A stretch of DNA of 64,000 nt from Candidatus Aenigmatarchaeota archaeon (GCA_016783545.1 JADHWJ010000005.1:1605-65604); one strand, 5' to 3'. Positions 1-11,300 are shown, numbered from the stretch's first letter. The notes: a model not told the origin generated them from the sequence alone. Numbers and translations: made by a program.

Positions 1-810
1 GTTTGTGAATACAAGTGTTGATTTGCTCTTATCAATAACATCTTTTATTTTCCTTATTCTTGCAATAGCTTCAGTGGAAACGAATATCTTGTCAGCATCC
101 CTATTATAGCCTTTTTTTGGAACAGGAAAATCTACTTTCAGTTTCAATGCCTTTGAGCTTATTGTGTTTATTATTTTGCATTTTTCTGAGCTGCCAGAAA
201 GGAAATCAGCAACATCTTCTGGAGAACCGACAGTTGCGCTAAGCCCTATTATCTGCGGTTCTTGGTTTCCAGCTTCCTTTATCAGGTATTTTAGCCTTTC
301 CAGGCCTATTGATAACTGGACACCTCTTTTGCTCTCAACAAGCTCGTGTATCTCATCGATTATAATATGCTTTATGTTTTTGAGATGTTCTCTTAGTTTT
401 TTGCCTGTTAATATTGCCTGTAGTGTTTCTGGAGTGACTATTAGCATGTCTGGTGGATTTTCTGCCTGCATGTTCCTTTCATATGGAGTTGTGTCGCCAT
501 GCCTAACAGAGACACTGAAATCAAGATGGTTTGCCCACCAGAGTATTCTTTTTTGAAGGTCTCTGTTCAGAGAACGGAGTGGTGTTATGTATAAGATGCT
601 ATTTGCATTTGGCTGGTTCTTTGCCCAGAAGTTAAAAATCGGGAGCAAACACGATTCAGTTTTACCGCTACCGGTTTCAGATAAAACTAAAACATTTTCA
701 CCCTTTAATATTTCAGGTATGACTGTTTGTTGTATTGGTGTTGGTTTTTTGAATCTTTCAGCTACTAATTTTCTCAGATCTTTTTCCAATAAATTGAATG
801 CTGATTCCAT
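1..810 (-). CDS. Lhr-like DEAD/DEAH-box ATP-dependent helicase, N-terminal part (runs off the window at position 1)
   Basis: Own translation of the minus strand from ATG at 808-810: MESAFNLLEKDLRKLVAERFKKPTPIQQTVIPEILKGENVLVLSETGSGKTES... It has a Q-motif, Walker A SETGSGKTE, a DEIHE box and GLSATVG. It is absent from the ORF track because there is no stop in the window. Plus-strand ORFs 164..556 and 587..823 are its low-complexity antisense shadows. Confidence 0.85.
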   Translation of the reverse strand, partial: MESAFNLLEKDLRKLVAERFKKPTPIQQTVIPEILKGENVLVLSETGSGKTESCLLPIFNFWAKNQPNANSILYITPLRSLNRDLQKRILWWANHLDFSVSVRHGDTTPYERNMQAENPPDMLIVTPETLQAILTGKKLREHLKNIKHIIIDEIHELVESKRGVQLSIGLERLKYLIKEAGNQEPQIIGLSATVGSPEDVADFLSGSSEKCKIINTISSKALKLKVDFPVPKKGYNRDADKIFVSTEAIARIRKIKDVIDKSKSTLVFTN

Positions 811-933
811 TATATCCCTCTAAACTTACAAGTATAAACCTATTTGCACACTTCTATATAGTATATACGGCTTAAAAACTAACCACATGAAGATTCTGTA
901 TATTTTTTAACATCCAAAAGTAAATAGATACAT

Positions 934-3225
934 ATGAGTAAATATTGGAATATTTTAGTCTGTGCTCTGTTTGGGTCACTCTTGCTAGTATTCCCTGTTT
1001 CAGCTTATGTTGGAATGAATGTGAATCTTGATAGCGATATATTTTCAAAGGGTGAAATCATAAGTGGGGAGATGAGCATAAACTTTGACGAGTTTCCTGC
1101 AAATAATTTTGTGAGTGCTGGAATTGTTGGGGAGAATGCCTCTAAATTAAGGGTTTCTGATTATATAAAATCAGCTGAGAATTATTCTTTCCGTGCAGAG
1201 GACTTTGATTATGTTCTGCGGGTTGAAGGTGTAAACAGTTATACAGAATACCCTGACATTAATTTTAACTTTAAATTAAGGGTATTTACAACAACAGGTC
1301 CTAGTAGAATACCATGGTCTGAGGAAACAACTGTTGTGAATGCTTATATAAGTGGTGACGAGAAACTGAAATTTATTTACAATGTGAGCAAGGCAATAGG
1401 CATGCCAGTGGAGGCAAATGACGAAGATACTGTGTGGTCAATAAAGCACCTAACAGATGCCAGGGTTAATGGAACAATGAGAATGGCGTGCGGAAGTCAG
1501 TTGTATGGTGGATACTATACAAGCTCAAATGGGTGGGCAACAGCAGATCTTTCAGCACTATCACCAACACAGGTAGGAAACGATGCTATATTTTATCTGG
1601 GTGTGAAATTCGATAATGAAAGTCTGAGTGGTGCAGGAAGAACACTTTTTGATGGAAGTGGGGGGGTATACAAAAATGGCGTGTACTTAAGCTCTCCTGG
1701 ATATGCTGAATGGAATGGCTCAGAAGGGAAGATTCTGATACATAATTATGATTACCTTTCAAGATATGAGGTGATTTTCCTTCCGCCGAACGGGCCGCTA
1801 TTCTGTGCCTATACAGATCATTCAGTTCCAAGAACAGAACAATGGAACACAGAAACAACAGTGAACGAAGAAACAAGTTTCACAGAACCATATGAATGGG
1901 TAGTTCCCCAGCAGTTTCTGGACAATCAGGCTCCGGACTGTCCTGGAGGGACAACTGACTGTTCCAAAACAGTCTCAGATTGGAATGCAATTCTTTTGAC
2001 ATCAAGCGTTACTCTGGATTTTAGCGTGGATAAGCCAACCAAAGAAATCTCAGCAGAAACAACAAGAAAAACACTTGATAGGGATTATACCGAAAAGATT
2101 AACATATCGCGTTTTCTGATAAGCTCTGACATAGCTGGACAATATTATCTTGATTTTATCTTATACAAAGATCAAGATCAGCTCTTCAAGTTAACAAAAA
2201 CAATCAACACGTGCGAGGATGCTGATTCTGATGGTTTTTGCATAGAGCAAGATGATTGTGATGATGGAAATCCTCTAAGATATCCAGGCGCTCCTGAATT
2301 ATGTGATAATACAGATAATGATTGTGATGGGCAGAAAGATGAAGAGTTTATGCAGGCTGGAAAAAGGCTGGGCGACCCATGTGGTATAGGTGCTTGTAAA
2401 GGGAGATGGGTATGTGAACCAGGTGGTTTAGATGTCTATTGTAATTCCAGTGCCACTAATATTGTTGATGAGATCTGCAATAATGGTATAGACGATGATT
2501 GTGACGGAACAGTAGATGAAGAATATGATATTGTTGACGATGAAATAATTGAAACCTGCATCTGTAAGGGAGGCGATACAAGAGCTTGTGGAAGCGATGT
2601 TGGTATTTGCACAAAAGGTTATCAGATATGTGTTCTGGGGAATTGGAGCCAGTGCATAGATGATGTCAGAGGAAAAGAAGAGATATGTAATGGAATGGAC
2701 GATGATTGCGATGGGATAATAGATGATATAAACAATGTTACACATGTTAGTTCTACTAGGTGTGCTTGTTCTGGTGGAAATATACCAGCCTTAGAGGACT
2801 GTAATGGTATAGATGATGATTGCAATGGGTTTATAGATGATGGTGTTTCATGCTGTATTGAAGGGAATACAAGGTCGTGTGGTGAAACCGAAGGTGAGTG
2901 TTCATCAGGAACTTCAAGATGTGTTGGTGGTAAATGGGGAGACTGTTTTGGTGCTATAATCCCTGTATCAGAGGTCTGTTATGATAGCCTGGATAATGAC
3001 TGTGATGGAACTGTTGATGAAGGCTGTATCATAGAAGATACCTGTAAAAACAGAATAAAGGACATAAATGAAGTTGGAATAGACTGTGGTGGGGTGTGCA
3101 CAACAATATGTGCTGATCCATTCCCCTTTATGATTATAGCAATTCTTGTTATCCTAATAATAGTAATTTTCGCTGTTTTGCAGATAAAAGGCGTGTTTAC
3201 TGAGTCAGAACAAACTGCATACTGA
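934..3225 (+). CDS. Secreted, membrane-anchored Cys/Asp-rich surface protein with MopE-type repeats
   Basis: N-terminal signal-like hydrophobic segment. At least six repeats of the pattern C-N/D-x-x-D-D-D-C-D-G (e.g. CDNTDNDCDGQKDEE, CNNGIDDDCDGTVDEE). C-terminal GIDCGGVC motif followed by a TM helix (FMIIAILVILIIVIFAVL). Confidence 0.8.
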   Translation: MSKYWNILVCALFGSLLLVFPVSAYVGMNVNLDSDIFSKGEIISGEMSINFDEFPANNFVSAGIVGENASKLRVSDYIKSAENYSFRAEDFDYVLRVEGVNSYTEYPDINFNFKLRVFTTTGPSRIPWSEETTVVNAYISGDEKLKFIYNVSKAIGMPVEANDEDTVWSIKHLTDARVNGTMRMACGSQLYGGYYTSSNGWATADLSALSPTQVGNDAIFYLGVKFDNESLSGAGRTLFDGSGGVYKNGVYLSSPGYAEWNGSEGKILIHNYDYLSRYEVIFLPPNGPLFCAYTDHSVPRTEQWNTETTVNEETSFTEPYEWVVPQQFLDNQAPDCPGGTTDCSKTVSDWNAILLTSSVTLDFSVDKPTKEISAETTRKTLDRDYTEKINISRFLISSDIAGQYYLDFILYKDQDQLFKLTKTINTCEDADSDGFCIEQDDCDDGNPLRYPGAPELCDNTDNDCDGQKDEEFMQAGKRLGDPCGIGACKGRWVCEPGGLDVYCNSSATNIVDEICNNGIDDDCDGTVDEEYDIVDDEIIETCICKGGDTRACGSDVGICTKGYQICVLGNWSQCIDDVRGKEEICNGMDDDCDGIIDDINNVTHVSSTRCACSGGNIPALEDCNGIDDDCNGFIDDGVSCCIEGNTRSCGETEGECSSGTSRCVGGKWGDCFGAIIPVSEVCYDSLDNDCDGTVDEGCIIEDTCKNRIKDINEVGIDCGGVCTTICADPFPFMIIAILVILIIVIFAVLQIKGVFTESEQTAY

Positions 3226-3978
3226 TTGACCATCCTTTGCAACAATTGTCTTTATACCAGATTCCTTTTCTATCCATTTTCCCTCTTTTTCAGCTATTCC
3301 ATTCATCATAAGGAATCCAAAATGCTGAAGAATTGCTAGTTTAGGTTTTACTTCCTTTAATATTTTGACTGCATCTCTACTATTCATATGCTTTGGCCAT
3401 TCACTGTTTCTGGGTCTTAGCAGATTTAGAATAAGATAGTCACAATCACTAAACTGTTTTCCCAGACCATTGAAGTATTCCCCATCAGATGTGTATCCTA
3501 TTGTGCTGCTTCCTTTAAAAATAAAGCCAATTCCTTTTGGGTCTCCATGAATGGTCTTGGTTGCGGTTATCTCTATTTTTCCAATATTAGTTTTGTCCTT
3601 GGGTTTTAAAATTTTATATTTTTCAAGTGCACTTAAATGGTATTTTGAGAAAAAAGATACAAATTCTGGTTCAAGGCCATTAATAATGGTTTCATTTGTC
3701 AATAAAACACCCTTCTTCTTAGTAGTTCCTTGTGTCATTGCCTCTATAACAACCTTTGCATCAGTATAATGATCTGGATGGCAATGAGAAACCAGTATTC
3801 CAGTAAGCTTGCTTAAATCAACTTTGTATTGTTTGGCTCTTACTAATGCGCCTGGTCCAGGGTCTATGTGAAGCATTTCATTATCCATTTTGAGAATCCA
3901 GCCACCTGTAGCATGGATCTGTCTTGATGTGACAAATCTCCCCCCACCTGTACCAAGAAAGGTTAATTTTGCAGTCAT
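3205..3978 (-). CDS. MBL-fold metallo-hydrolase
   Basis: TFLGTGGG at the N-terminus and the HxHxDH motif (SHCHPDHY). Length of 257 aa is typical for the family. Confidence 0.85.
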   Translation of the reverse strand: MTAKLTFLGTGGGRFVTSRQIHATGGWILKMDNEMLHIDPGPGALVRAKQYKVDLSKLTGILVSHCHPDHYTDAKVVIEAMTQGTTKKKGVLLTNETIINGLEPEFVSFFSKYHLSALEKYKILKPKDKTNIGKIEITATKTIHGDPKGIGFIFKGSSTIGYTSDGEYFNGLGKQFSDCDYLILNLLRPRNSEWPKHMNSRDAVKILKEVKPKLAILQHFGFLMMNGIAEKEGKWIEKESGIKTIVAKDGQSVCSLF

Positions 3979-4148
3979 AGTATCTATTTGGTTAATTCAG
4001 TTATATTGATTATATCCCTCTAAAAAGACAATATAAAACCAAACCCTATTGATTTCTAGCACTGTGGTGTGATGCTGAAATCAATTCCGAATGGAACAGA
4101 AGGGGGAGTTCTGCAGGGTTTGATTGAGAATCAACAGCCTTCATAGTG

Positions 4149-4376
4149 CTAATCGCAGACAGAAGCCAGAAGGTTGGTAGCTTTTGCATCATCCACTTCG
4201 ATCGCTGCCAGCCTTTCTGTCCTATCGATTTGATGGTAGGCTTCCAGGCACGCTCGGCATTTCCCGCAAGCCACGCCAGTGTTCTCTGATTCTCTGCAGC
4301 CAGGTATTGCGATACCTCTTAGCGCTTCCCTGACGAGAGCAACATGTTCGACTGCGTCTACTGTTGGCATTGTCAT
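4149..4376 (-). CDS. Hypothetical small Cys-containing protein in GC-rich island 1
   Basis: 75-aa ORF with protein-like composition and a Cys cluster (GCRE...ACGKCRAC). Preceded by ctgaaagg...ATG. No family recognised. Confidence 0.35.
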   Translation of the reverse strand: MTMPTVDAVEHVALVREALRGIAIPGCRESENTGVACGKCRACLEAYHQIDRTERLAAIEVDDAKATNLLASVCD

Positions 4377-4393
4377 TTACCATACCTTTCAGG

Positions 4394-4585
4394 TTATGCC
4401 TCTTCTTCGGACGGCTGGATGATTCCTTTCTTGGTTTTCCTCACAAATTCGGTAACTGTGACCCCACTGGGTGTGGCCACAGATATTCCTCCAATTGGCC
4501 TTGCCTTTTCAAGAATTGGACAACGCCAGGGAGCCCTTCCCTGCTTACTCCCTGGCTTCTTCTTTGCAGCTATTGCCATTGGCAT
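4394..4585 (-). CDS. Hypothetical small basic protein in GC-rich island 1
   Basis: 63-aa ORF (MPMAIAAKKKPGSKQGRAPW...). A strong AGGAGG lies about 5 nt upstream of the ATG. It sits in tandem with 4149..4376. Confidence 0.35.
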   Translation of the reverse strand: MPMAIAAKKKPGSKQGRAPWRCPILEKARPIGGISVATPSGVTVTEFVRKTKKGIIQPSEEEA

Positions 4586-4762
4586 TTATCCTCCTAATCT
4601 TATAGGTACATAGCCTTTGCACACACGCACACACAAATGGTTCACTGTTCGCTGGTTCATCATTGCCACGAAAAGGCCAAAGAGAAAAGCCGTGAGCATG
4701 ATGAAGAATAGCCAGACAAGGAATCAGACTGCATATCCCAGTTTCGTCATCATAACTCCCCC

Positions 4763-4921
4763 CTATAGCACACTATGACTATGCGGTGAAACCACATACA
4801 ATATACCAACAATCAAAAGGCATATCATAGGCAAAATCAGCCCCCAGGGCCATGTGATAACAACCACAGTCCAGAAAGCCACTATGAAAAGAAATGCGCA
4901 GAAAATGATAAAGTTTTCCAT
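4763..4921 (-). CDS. Possible 52-aa two-TM membrane peptide
   Basis: Own translation: MENFIIFCAFLFIVAFWTVVVITWPWGLILPMICLLIVGILYVVSPHSHSVL. It falls below the ORF-track length threshold. Hydrophobic pattern only. Confidence 0.25.
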   Translation of the reverse strand: MENFIIFCAFLFIVAFWTVVVITWPWGLILPMICLLIVGILYVVSPHSHSVL

Positions 4922-5059
4922 TTCTCATCTCCTAACTCAGAAAAGACAAGAAGAAAGGGTCAATATTCCCAGATAGGTCTAAACAGTTCCCCATTCTCTT
5001 GGAGTTGGTGAATTGTGTAAAATGTGTAAATATGATATAAATTCTTCTATTTAGAGTTT

Positions 5060-6463
5060 TTAAACCTTCCATTTAGGCCCCTCTGGACCATCCTCTATCT
5101 CAATACCTTTTTTCTTGAGTATGTCTCTTATCTTATCAGCTTCTTTGAAGTTCCTTTCCTTTCTAAACTCCTCTCTTTCCAGAAGAAGCTTTTTTATATC
5201 AGAACTTGCTTCTTTTAGACTTCTCCAGCTTTCTGTTTCTCCAAGGTTTAATCCTAATACAGAATCAAATTTGAGCAGTGTTTTAGCTGCCTTTGGTCCA
5301 GCGCCAATCTTATTGGCTTCCTTTAGAAACTCAAAAATAGCAGCTAGAGCACCTGAAATATTAAGGTCGTCATCCATTGATTTTTCAAATTCTTTCTCTA
5401 CTTTACTGATTAGCTTTTCTATACTTTTGTCATCCTTACCTTTTTTTGCTCTGCCTAAGAAATCATTAAATTTTTTCAGGACTTCGTCAGAATCCTTTAT
5501 ACCCTGTTCAGTGAAATTCAGCTTGGTTCTATATTGAGCTGAAAGCAGAAGATATCTTATTGAGAGCGGATCATAGCCTTTTTCCAAAAGGTCTTTTAAA
5601 GTGAAGAAATTACCCTTTGATTTGCTCATTTTCTCTCCATTAACCATAAGGTGCCTTGCATGCATCCAATACCGGACAAACTTCTTTCCATTTGCGCACT
5701 CAGATTGGGCTATTTCTGCTTCGTGGTGAGGGAATATGTTGTCCTCTCCTCCTGTATGTATGTCTATTGTCTCTCCAAGATACTTCATGCTCATTGCAGA
5801 ACATTCTATGTGCCAGCCAGGATAGCCCTTGCCCCAAGGGCTTGTCCACTGCATGATGTGATTAGGGTCTCTAAGCCAAAGCGCAAAGTCTCTGGGGTCT
5901 TCCTTTTCCGGATGTGCCTCTAAACGGGCACCTACTTTTAATTTATCAAGGGTATTCCCTGAAAGCATGCCATATTTACTAAATTTCCCTCCTCCTACCC
6001 TAAAGAATACATTTCCATTCTTTTCATATGCAAAGCCCTTTTTTATGAGTTTTTCTATGATAGCTATCATCTCTTTCACATGTTCTGTTGCCTTTGGTCT
6101 TTTGAATGGCTCTTTCATGTTAAGGGAATTCCAATCCTCTAAAAAGGCCTTTGTATAGAATTCAGCTATTTCCAGTGGGGTTTTCTTCTCTTTTTTTGCA
6201 GATTCTTCCATCTTGTCCTTTCCTGTATCAGCATCAGCTACCATGTGCCCAACATCTGTTATGTTCATTATCTGTTTTACTCTGAGACCCTTATATTCCA
6301 GATATCTTCTGAGAATATCAGCAAACACAAATGCCCTATAATTGCCTATATGTGCATAGAAATAGACTGTTGGACCGCAGTTGTAGATTGTAACAAGTCC
6401 TTTTTTCAATGGTTTGAACACCTCTTTCTTGTTTGTGAACGTATTATAAAATTTTAATACCAT
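5060..6463 (-). CDS. cysS: Cysteinyl-tRNA synthetase
   Basis: Class I aaRS signatures HIGNYR (HIGH) and KMSKSKGN (KMSKS). The CysRS-typical WHIECS motif is present. 467 aa. Confidence 0.95.
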   Translation of the reverse strand: MVLKFYNTFTNKKEVFKPLKKGLVTIYNCGPTVYFYAHIGNYRAFVFADILRRYLEYKGLRVKQIMNITDVGHMVADADTGKDKMEESAKKEKKTPLEIAEFYTKAFLEDWNSLNMKEPFKRPKATEHVKEMIAIIEKLIKKGFAYEKNGNVFFRVGGGKFSKYGMLSGNTLDKLKVGARLEAHPEKEDPRDFALWLRDPNHIMQWTSPWGKGYPGWHIECSAMSMKYLGETIDIHTGGEDNIFPHHEAEIAQSECANGKKFVRYWMHARHLMVNGEKMSKSKGNFFTLKDLLEKGYDPLSIRYLLLSAQYRTKLNFTEQGIKDSDEVLKKFNDFLGRAKKGKDDKSIEKLISKVEKEFEKSMDDDLNISGALAAIFEFLKEANKIGAGPKAAKTLLKFDSVLGLNLGETESWRSLKEASSDIKKLLLEREEFRKERNFKEADKIRDILKKKGIEIEDGPEGPKWKV

Positions 6464-6543
6464 TTCGACACCTATAAAGTATTTATATAGTATTCTATTA
6501 AAATAAACAGATAAAGTATTAACATTCAGTTAAAGAGGTTGTT

Positions 6544-6804
6544 ATGGAAGCGACAATATCTAATTTCAGAGGCGGAAAATCCACTCAGAAACCAAACCAA
6601 ATGATTTTGATAATTGAAGGTATAGACAATAAATCAAAGGCGTCACAGTTTATAGGTAAAAAAGTGTCATGGAAAAGCCCTGCAGGCAAAGAGATTAATG
6701 GAAAGATTGTTTCTGTTCATGGAAATTCAGGTGCTCTTAGAGCAAGATTCACTAGAGGTCTTCCAGGAGAAGCACTGGGAAAGAAAATAAAGATAGTGGA
6801 ATAG
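6544..6804 (+). CDS. rpl35ae: Ribosomal protein eL33 (L35Ae)
   Basis: 86 aa. The C-terminal GKIVSVHGNSGALRARFTRGLPGEALG is typical of archaeal L35Ae. GAGG lies upstream of the start. Confidence 0.85.
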   Translation: MEATISNFRGGKSTQKPNQMILIIEGIDNKSKASQFIGKKVSWKSPAGKEINGKIVSVHGNSGALRARFTRGLPGEALGKKIKIVE

Positions 6805-6863
6805 GTGTTTTGATGTCAAAATCTAGTGTTCAATAGAACACATCTCATAAATACATCTTTAGG

Positions 6864-7079
6864 TTGGTATATATGAATTTACGATCAAATATTATTTTAG
6901 GTATCATATTGATTCTAATAGGAATCATAAGTCTTTTATTCACACTTGGTTTTCTTTCGATTGAGACAATAAGAGATATTGCAATTTCAAGTCCTATTGC
7001 TGTTATTATAATAGGAATTATACTACTTTTCATTAGGAATGATTCTAAAATAGAGCAAGTAAAGGAAGAAAAGGTTTAA
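6864..7079 (+). CDS. Small two-TM membrane protein
   Basis: Two long hydrophobic helices followed by a charged tail. The start may instead be the internal Met at 6873. Confidence 0.5.
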   Translation: MVYMNLRSNIILGIILILIGIISLLFTLGFLSIETIRDIAISSPIAVIIIGIILLFIRNDSKIEQVKEEKV

Positions 7080-7197
7080 AAGAAAGGAAACAATAAGAAA
7101 ATATGGACGATGATCCAAAGAACTTTATTTTGCTGGCAATAGTTGCAATATTATTTGTGGCAATGGTTCTGATATTATATTTTCAAGGAGGATTAGT

Positions 7198-7512
7198 ATG
7201 ATCATAACAAATACAGAGACAGTTCCTGGCAAACAGATAAAAGAAATTCTTGGTATATCCATGGGAAACACTGTGAGAGCAAAGCATATAGGAAAGGATT
7301 TCATGGCTGGACTAAAACAGATAGTTGGTGGTGAGATAGGGCAGTATACAGAGATGCTATCAGATGCAAGACAGGAAGCCATTAATAGAATGATAAACAA
7401 TGCCATAGACATGAAAGCAGATGCTATTGTAAATGTTAGGTTTACAACATCTTCAACAATGGCAGGCGCTGCTGAACTGTTGGCATATGGAACAGCTGTA
7501 AAATTGAAATAA
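7198..7512 (+). CDS. YbjQ/UPF0145 family protein
   Basis: 104 aa. Matches the family pattern (ITTTETVPGK...GGEI..Y...L...R..A...M...A...GA.AIV..RF). Confidence 0.85.
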   Translation: MIITNTETVPGKQIKEILGISMGNTVRAKHIGKDFMAGLKQIVGGEIGQYTEMLSDARQEAINRMINNAIDMKADAIVNVRFTTSSTMAGAAELLAYGTAVKLK

Positions 7513-7540
7513 TATTAACCAACTAATCCAATTATATTCT

Positions 7541-8287
7541 ATGTTAGAAGTCTGGCTATATTCAATATTTAGTGTGATAATAATAAGCCTGATAGCATTT
7601 ATTGGCATATTTACAATATTTCTAAGGATGGAGCAGCTAAGAAAAACACTTCTTTATATGGTAAGCCTTTCTGTAGGTGCTCTATTTGGTGGTGCGTTTA
7701 TACACCTATTACCAGAAGCAGCTGAAGCCGGCTTTACAATTGAAGTAAGCCTTTATGTTCTTTCAGGTATTGTTGTTTTTTTTATAACAGAAAAACTTAT
7801 TCATTGGAGGCATTGTCATGTTCCAACATGTGAAGAGCATCCACATCCATTTGCTTATATGAACCTTGTTGGTGATGGTGTTCATAATTTTATTGATGGT
7901 CTGATTATAGCAGCTAGTTATTTAGCTGGATTACCTGTTGGCATAGCAACCACAATAGCTGTAATACTTCACGAGATACCACAAGAGATTGGGGATTTTG
8001 GTGTGCTTATACATGGTGGATTTTCAAGAAAAAAAGCACTCTGCATGAATTTCTTGACAGCGCTTGTTGCACTTGCAGGTGTTGTTATTGCTCTCATTGT
8101 AGGAGGTTTTGTTGAAGGTCTGAGTACATTCTTACTACCTTTTGCAGCAGGCGGTTTTATCTATATAGCTGGTTCAGATCTAATACCAGAACTGCATAAA
8201 AGAACATGCGAATCAAAGTCTTATTTGCAATTGGCTGCGATAGTAATTGGAATGTTTTTGATGTATCTGTTGGTCTTCTTAGAATAA
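7541..8287 (+). CDS. ZIP-family zinc/divalent metal transporter
   Basis: Multi-TM protein with HNFIDGLII and HEIPQEIGDFGVL metal-binding motifs. Confidence 0.9.
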   Translation: MLEVWLYSIFSVIIISLIAFIGIFTIFLRMEQLRKTLLYMVSLSVGALFGGAFIHLLPEAAEAGFTIEVSLYVLSGIVVFFITEKLIHWRHCHVPTCEEHPHPFAYMNLVGDGVHNFIDGLIIAASYLAGLPVGIATTIAVILHEIPQEIGDFGVLIHGGFSRKKALCMNFLTALVALAGVVIALIVGGFVEGLSTFLLPFAAGGFIYIAGSDLIPELHKRTCESKSYLQLAAIVIGMFLMYLLVFLE

Positions 8288-8318
8288 TTCTTTTATTATA
8301 AAAACATAATTATATATA

Positions 8319-11300
8319 ATGAATAAACAAGTTATCACTATTCCAGTAATACTGATTCTTTTTATTTATATGAGCCTAATGCAGATATCTGCCCAGCAAA
8401 ACCCATGCATTGAGATTGACGGTTATGCTGAACAGCACAGGGACGAGTGCTGCGGACAGGATGAAGATGAAGCAGACCCAGCATTCGTACCAGAATACGA
8501 TGACTGCACCCAGAATCAGCCCTGTTCCAAAGAAGCTCCATGCATGGATATGAAAAAATGCAACCCGGAAACACTGTCATGTGGAGTGGCTGATGATACC
8601 TGCAACAAAGGATGTCACAAAAACTTCCCAGAAGAATGCTGGGAAGCGCCGGCATGCGTAGATGGCGGATGCCTACCTCCTTCTGAATCTGTTTTCAAGG
8701 AAAACGTGGACTGTACGCACAAAAACAATGGAGAGGATATAAGCTTTCTGGAATGTGAAAAGGACAAGGGCAAATGCAAAAAGAAGCCGGATGGTTGGGA
8801 TGATAAAACTGACGGAGAATGGCAGTACTGCCAACCTGTTCCAAAGGCTGACGGTACAGTTTGTACAGTAGATAACAATCCATGCACTGAAGATGTATGC
8901 TATAATGGGGAATGCGGAAAACCAAAGAATGTGGGTGATGCATGCAAAATAACATCCACTGAGACCAGTTGGTTTGCCCCAAAAGACATCGGAGATATAG
9001 ACGGTGTATGCACAACCCCTGACATGTTCCCTGAACCTTTCCCTTCAATTGAGTCTGACATGGTATGCTGCCCGGATGAGGACAAAGACGGCTTTTATGA
9101 TGACATGTGCGGAGGAAATGACTGCGATGACAGTATGACAGATGACCCATATATAGATTGCCCAAACCCCTCAATTCCTATTTGTGCTAAGCCAACAGCT
9201 AGCTGCGCTTTCTGTACAAATCCAAATTCAGAAGAGATATGCGCCAATGATATTGATGAGAACTGTGACGGCATAACCTTTAATGGTGTGGAAATAATCA
9301 CCACCCCTGGTGATGGACAGCAACTAAGAGACCCAAAACATCCAACTACTGTTCAGACTCTTACATGCAAAGCCACAATAGAAAAAACTCCAGATATAGA
9401 AAAGTCATCGTTGGGCTTTGTTTTTGACATAGTAACGCCTAAAAAATCCTACCAAAAAATCATGGGACACGATGAAATTGAATGTTCTGATGATGGAACA
9501 GTCTGCTGGGCAGATCATAAAATATCCCAGACATTAACAAGGCTTGGTGAGGATGTAACATGTTCTGTCAAAAGCTATCGCATAGTCAATGGCAACAAAG
9601 AATACAGCAAATCCTGTGAATCCAAGCTGGCAGTGCCGATTTGCCCCCCTGACGCAGGCCATAAGAAAATAAAGCCAGAAGAGATGGAGGTGGATGATAA
9701 TGGAAACTGGAAAGACCAAAAGGAATTATTCACTGTTTGCGCTCCTGGACTGGTAAAATTTATAGATGAAGCAGAGGACAGCTGTTCCAGTAAGGGGCAA
9801 TCTGAGGCAATCTACAAGACTTGCCTGATGGATTATATCCTAAAAGAGGGATTGGGACCCGGAGCAAAATTCATGAGAGGGTATTTTGCCCAGGAGATTT
9901 GCTGCAAAGGTGGTGATTTCATTGGACCTGCAGCAATATATCATTGTGATACTGTTTCAGCGTTTGGACTGGGAGATTTTTGTACAGCTAAAGATGTTCC
10001 AGAGAATTACAAACCTCTTGATTATGACAGTTTAAACTGCATCAAGAAAGAAGACCAGCCAAATAAAAAGGTATGGATTACCAACGGGCCTGGCTGGAAA
10101 ACAAAAAATTCCTGTTATTTCGAACACCTTCCTGCCACTTCAAGCTTGTTAGTCCTGGGTACTGACAAGGGGAGCGGGCAGGGCACAGGAACATGTGTTG
10201 ATTATTCTATTGCTGTCACCACATTATTGAGAATGGGAGGGTTCAAACCAAATGAAGTCTATACTTCATTTATTATTCGTCATGCGTTCAACATTGTAAA
10301 AAAACCAGGTGAGGAAAAATTCAGCGTTGTGGATGTCACTGGCAACAAACCTCCGTATGCGTATGAAAAGATGCCAGGTGATATGTGTCTTATTAAAGAT
10401 ATCATGAATGACGTTAAGAAAATGACTCTTAATATTGCGGAAAATGATTATAATCTCTTCGTAAAAGGCTGTCTTCCAGAAGGAACAATTGTCTGCGAAA
10501 ATATAAAGTATAATGCAGTAACAAGCGGAGGTGAAATTAAGTTATCTCCAGATTCCCAAAAAACTTTAGAAAATGAAATCAAGAAGAATGGGGATGTTGA
10601 ATTGGAGAACATCGAAGATCTTAAATGCTTGACTAGTCTAAAATTGAAATTTCTTTCGATTTCAAACATAGACCCGCTGAAAACTCTGACAAACCTTGAA
10701 AGTTTATATCTATCCTCTAACCAAATCTTAGACATAGACCCACTGAAAACACTAACAGGCCTTCGATATTTACATCTAAGCAACAACCAGTATCAAGACG
10801 ATAAACTCTCAAACATAGACCCGCTGAAAACACTAACAAGTCTTCGACACTTAAAGCTAAACAGTAACCAAATCTCAGATATAGACCCACTGAAAACTCT
10901 GACAAACCTTGAATATTTAGCTCTATACTACAACCAAATCTCAGATATAGACCCGCTGAAAACCCTGACAAACCTTAAAGAATTATATCTATACGGCAAC
11001 CAAATATCTCCCCAGGACTGCGCTGATTTGGAAAATTATTTCAAGGGCAAGGGTCAGCCAGTTATTATTGATGGATGCCCAACAACCCAACCCCCAATCA
11101 CTGGGAACATGATTACAGGCAACACAATCCAGAAAGCAGCCCCTTCTGAAATCTTCAGCTTTGAGGTTTCAGAACCTGAACTTAGCGATTCTGAAAAAAT
11201 ATATGACATTATGATAACCCTGAGAAATCCACATGACAGCGAGACAGATATCACCTACTTTGTAGATCAATTAAACTTTGAAATGGAAACCATACCTAAT

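Noticed and set aside
164-823. Plus-strand ORFs 164..556 and 587..823
   Set aside because: Their composition is low-complexity and Ser/Phe/Leu-rich. They lie exactly antisense to a clean DEAD/DEAH helicase reading frame on the minus strand, so they are shadow ORFs.
4600-4921. Possible TAG read-through joining the 52-aa membrane ORF to about 60 further in-frame codons
   Set aside because: The downstream translation (GGSYDDETGICSLIPCLAILHH...) is not protein-like and overlaps the RBS and start of the 63-aa ORF. There is no other hint of stop-codon recoding, since TAG is used as a normal stop elsewhere in the window.
10620-11010. Periodic ~66-nt DNA repeats that could be mistaken for a CRISPR array
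   Set aside because: The repeats are in frame inside a long ORF and encode leucine-rich repeats. The spacer parts are also conserved, and no leader or cas genes are present.
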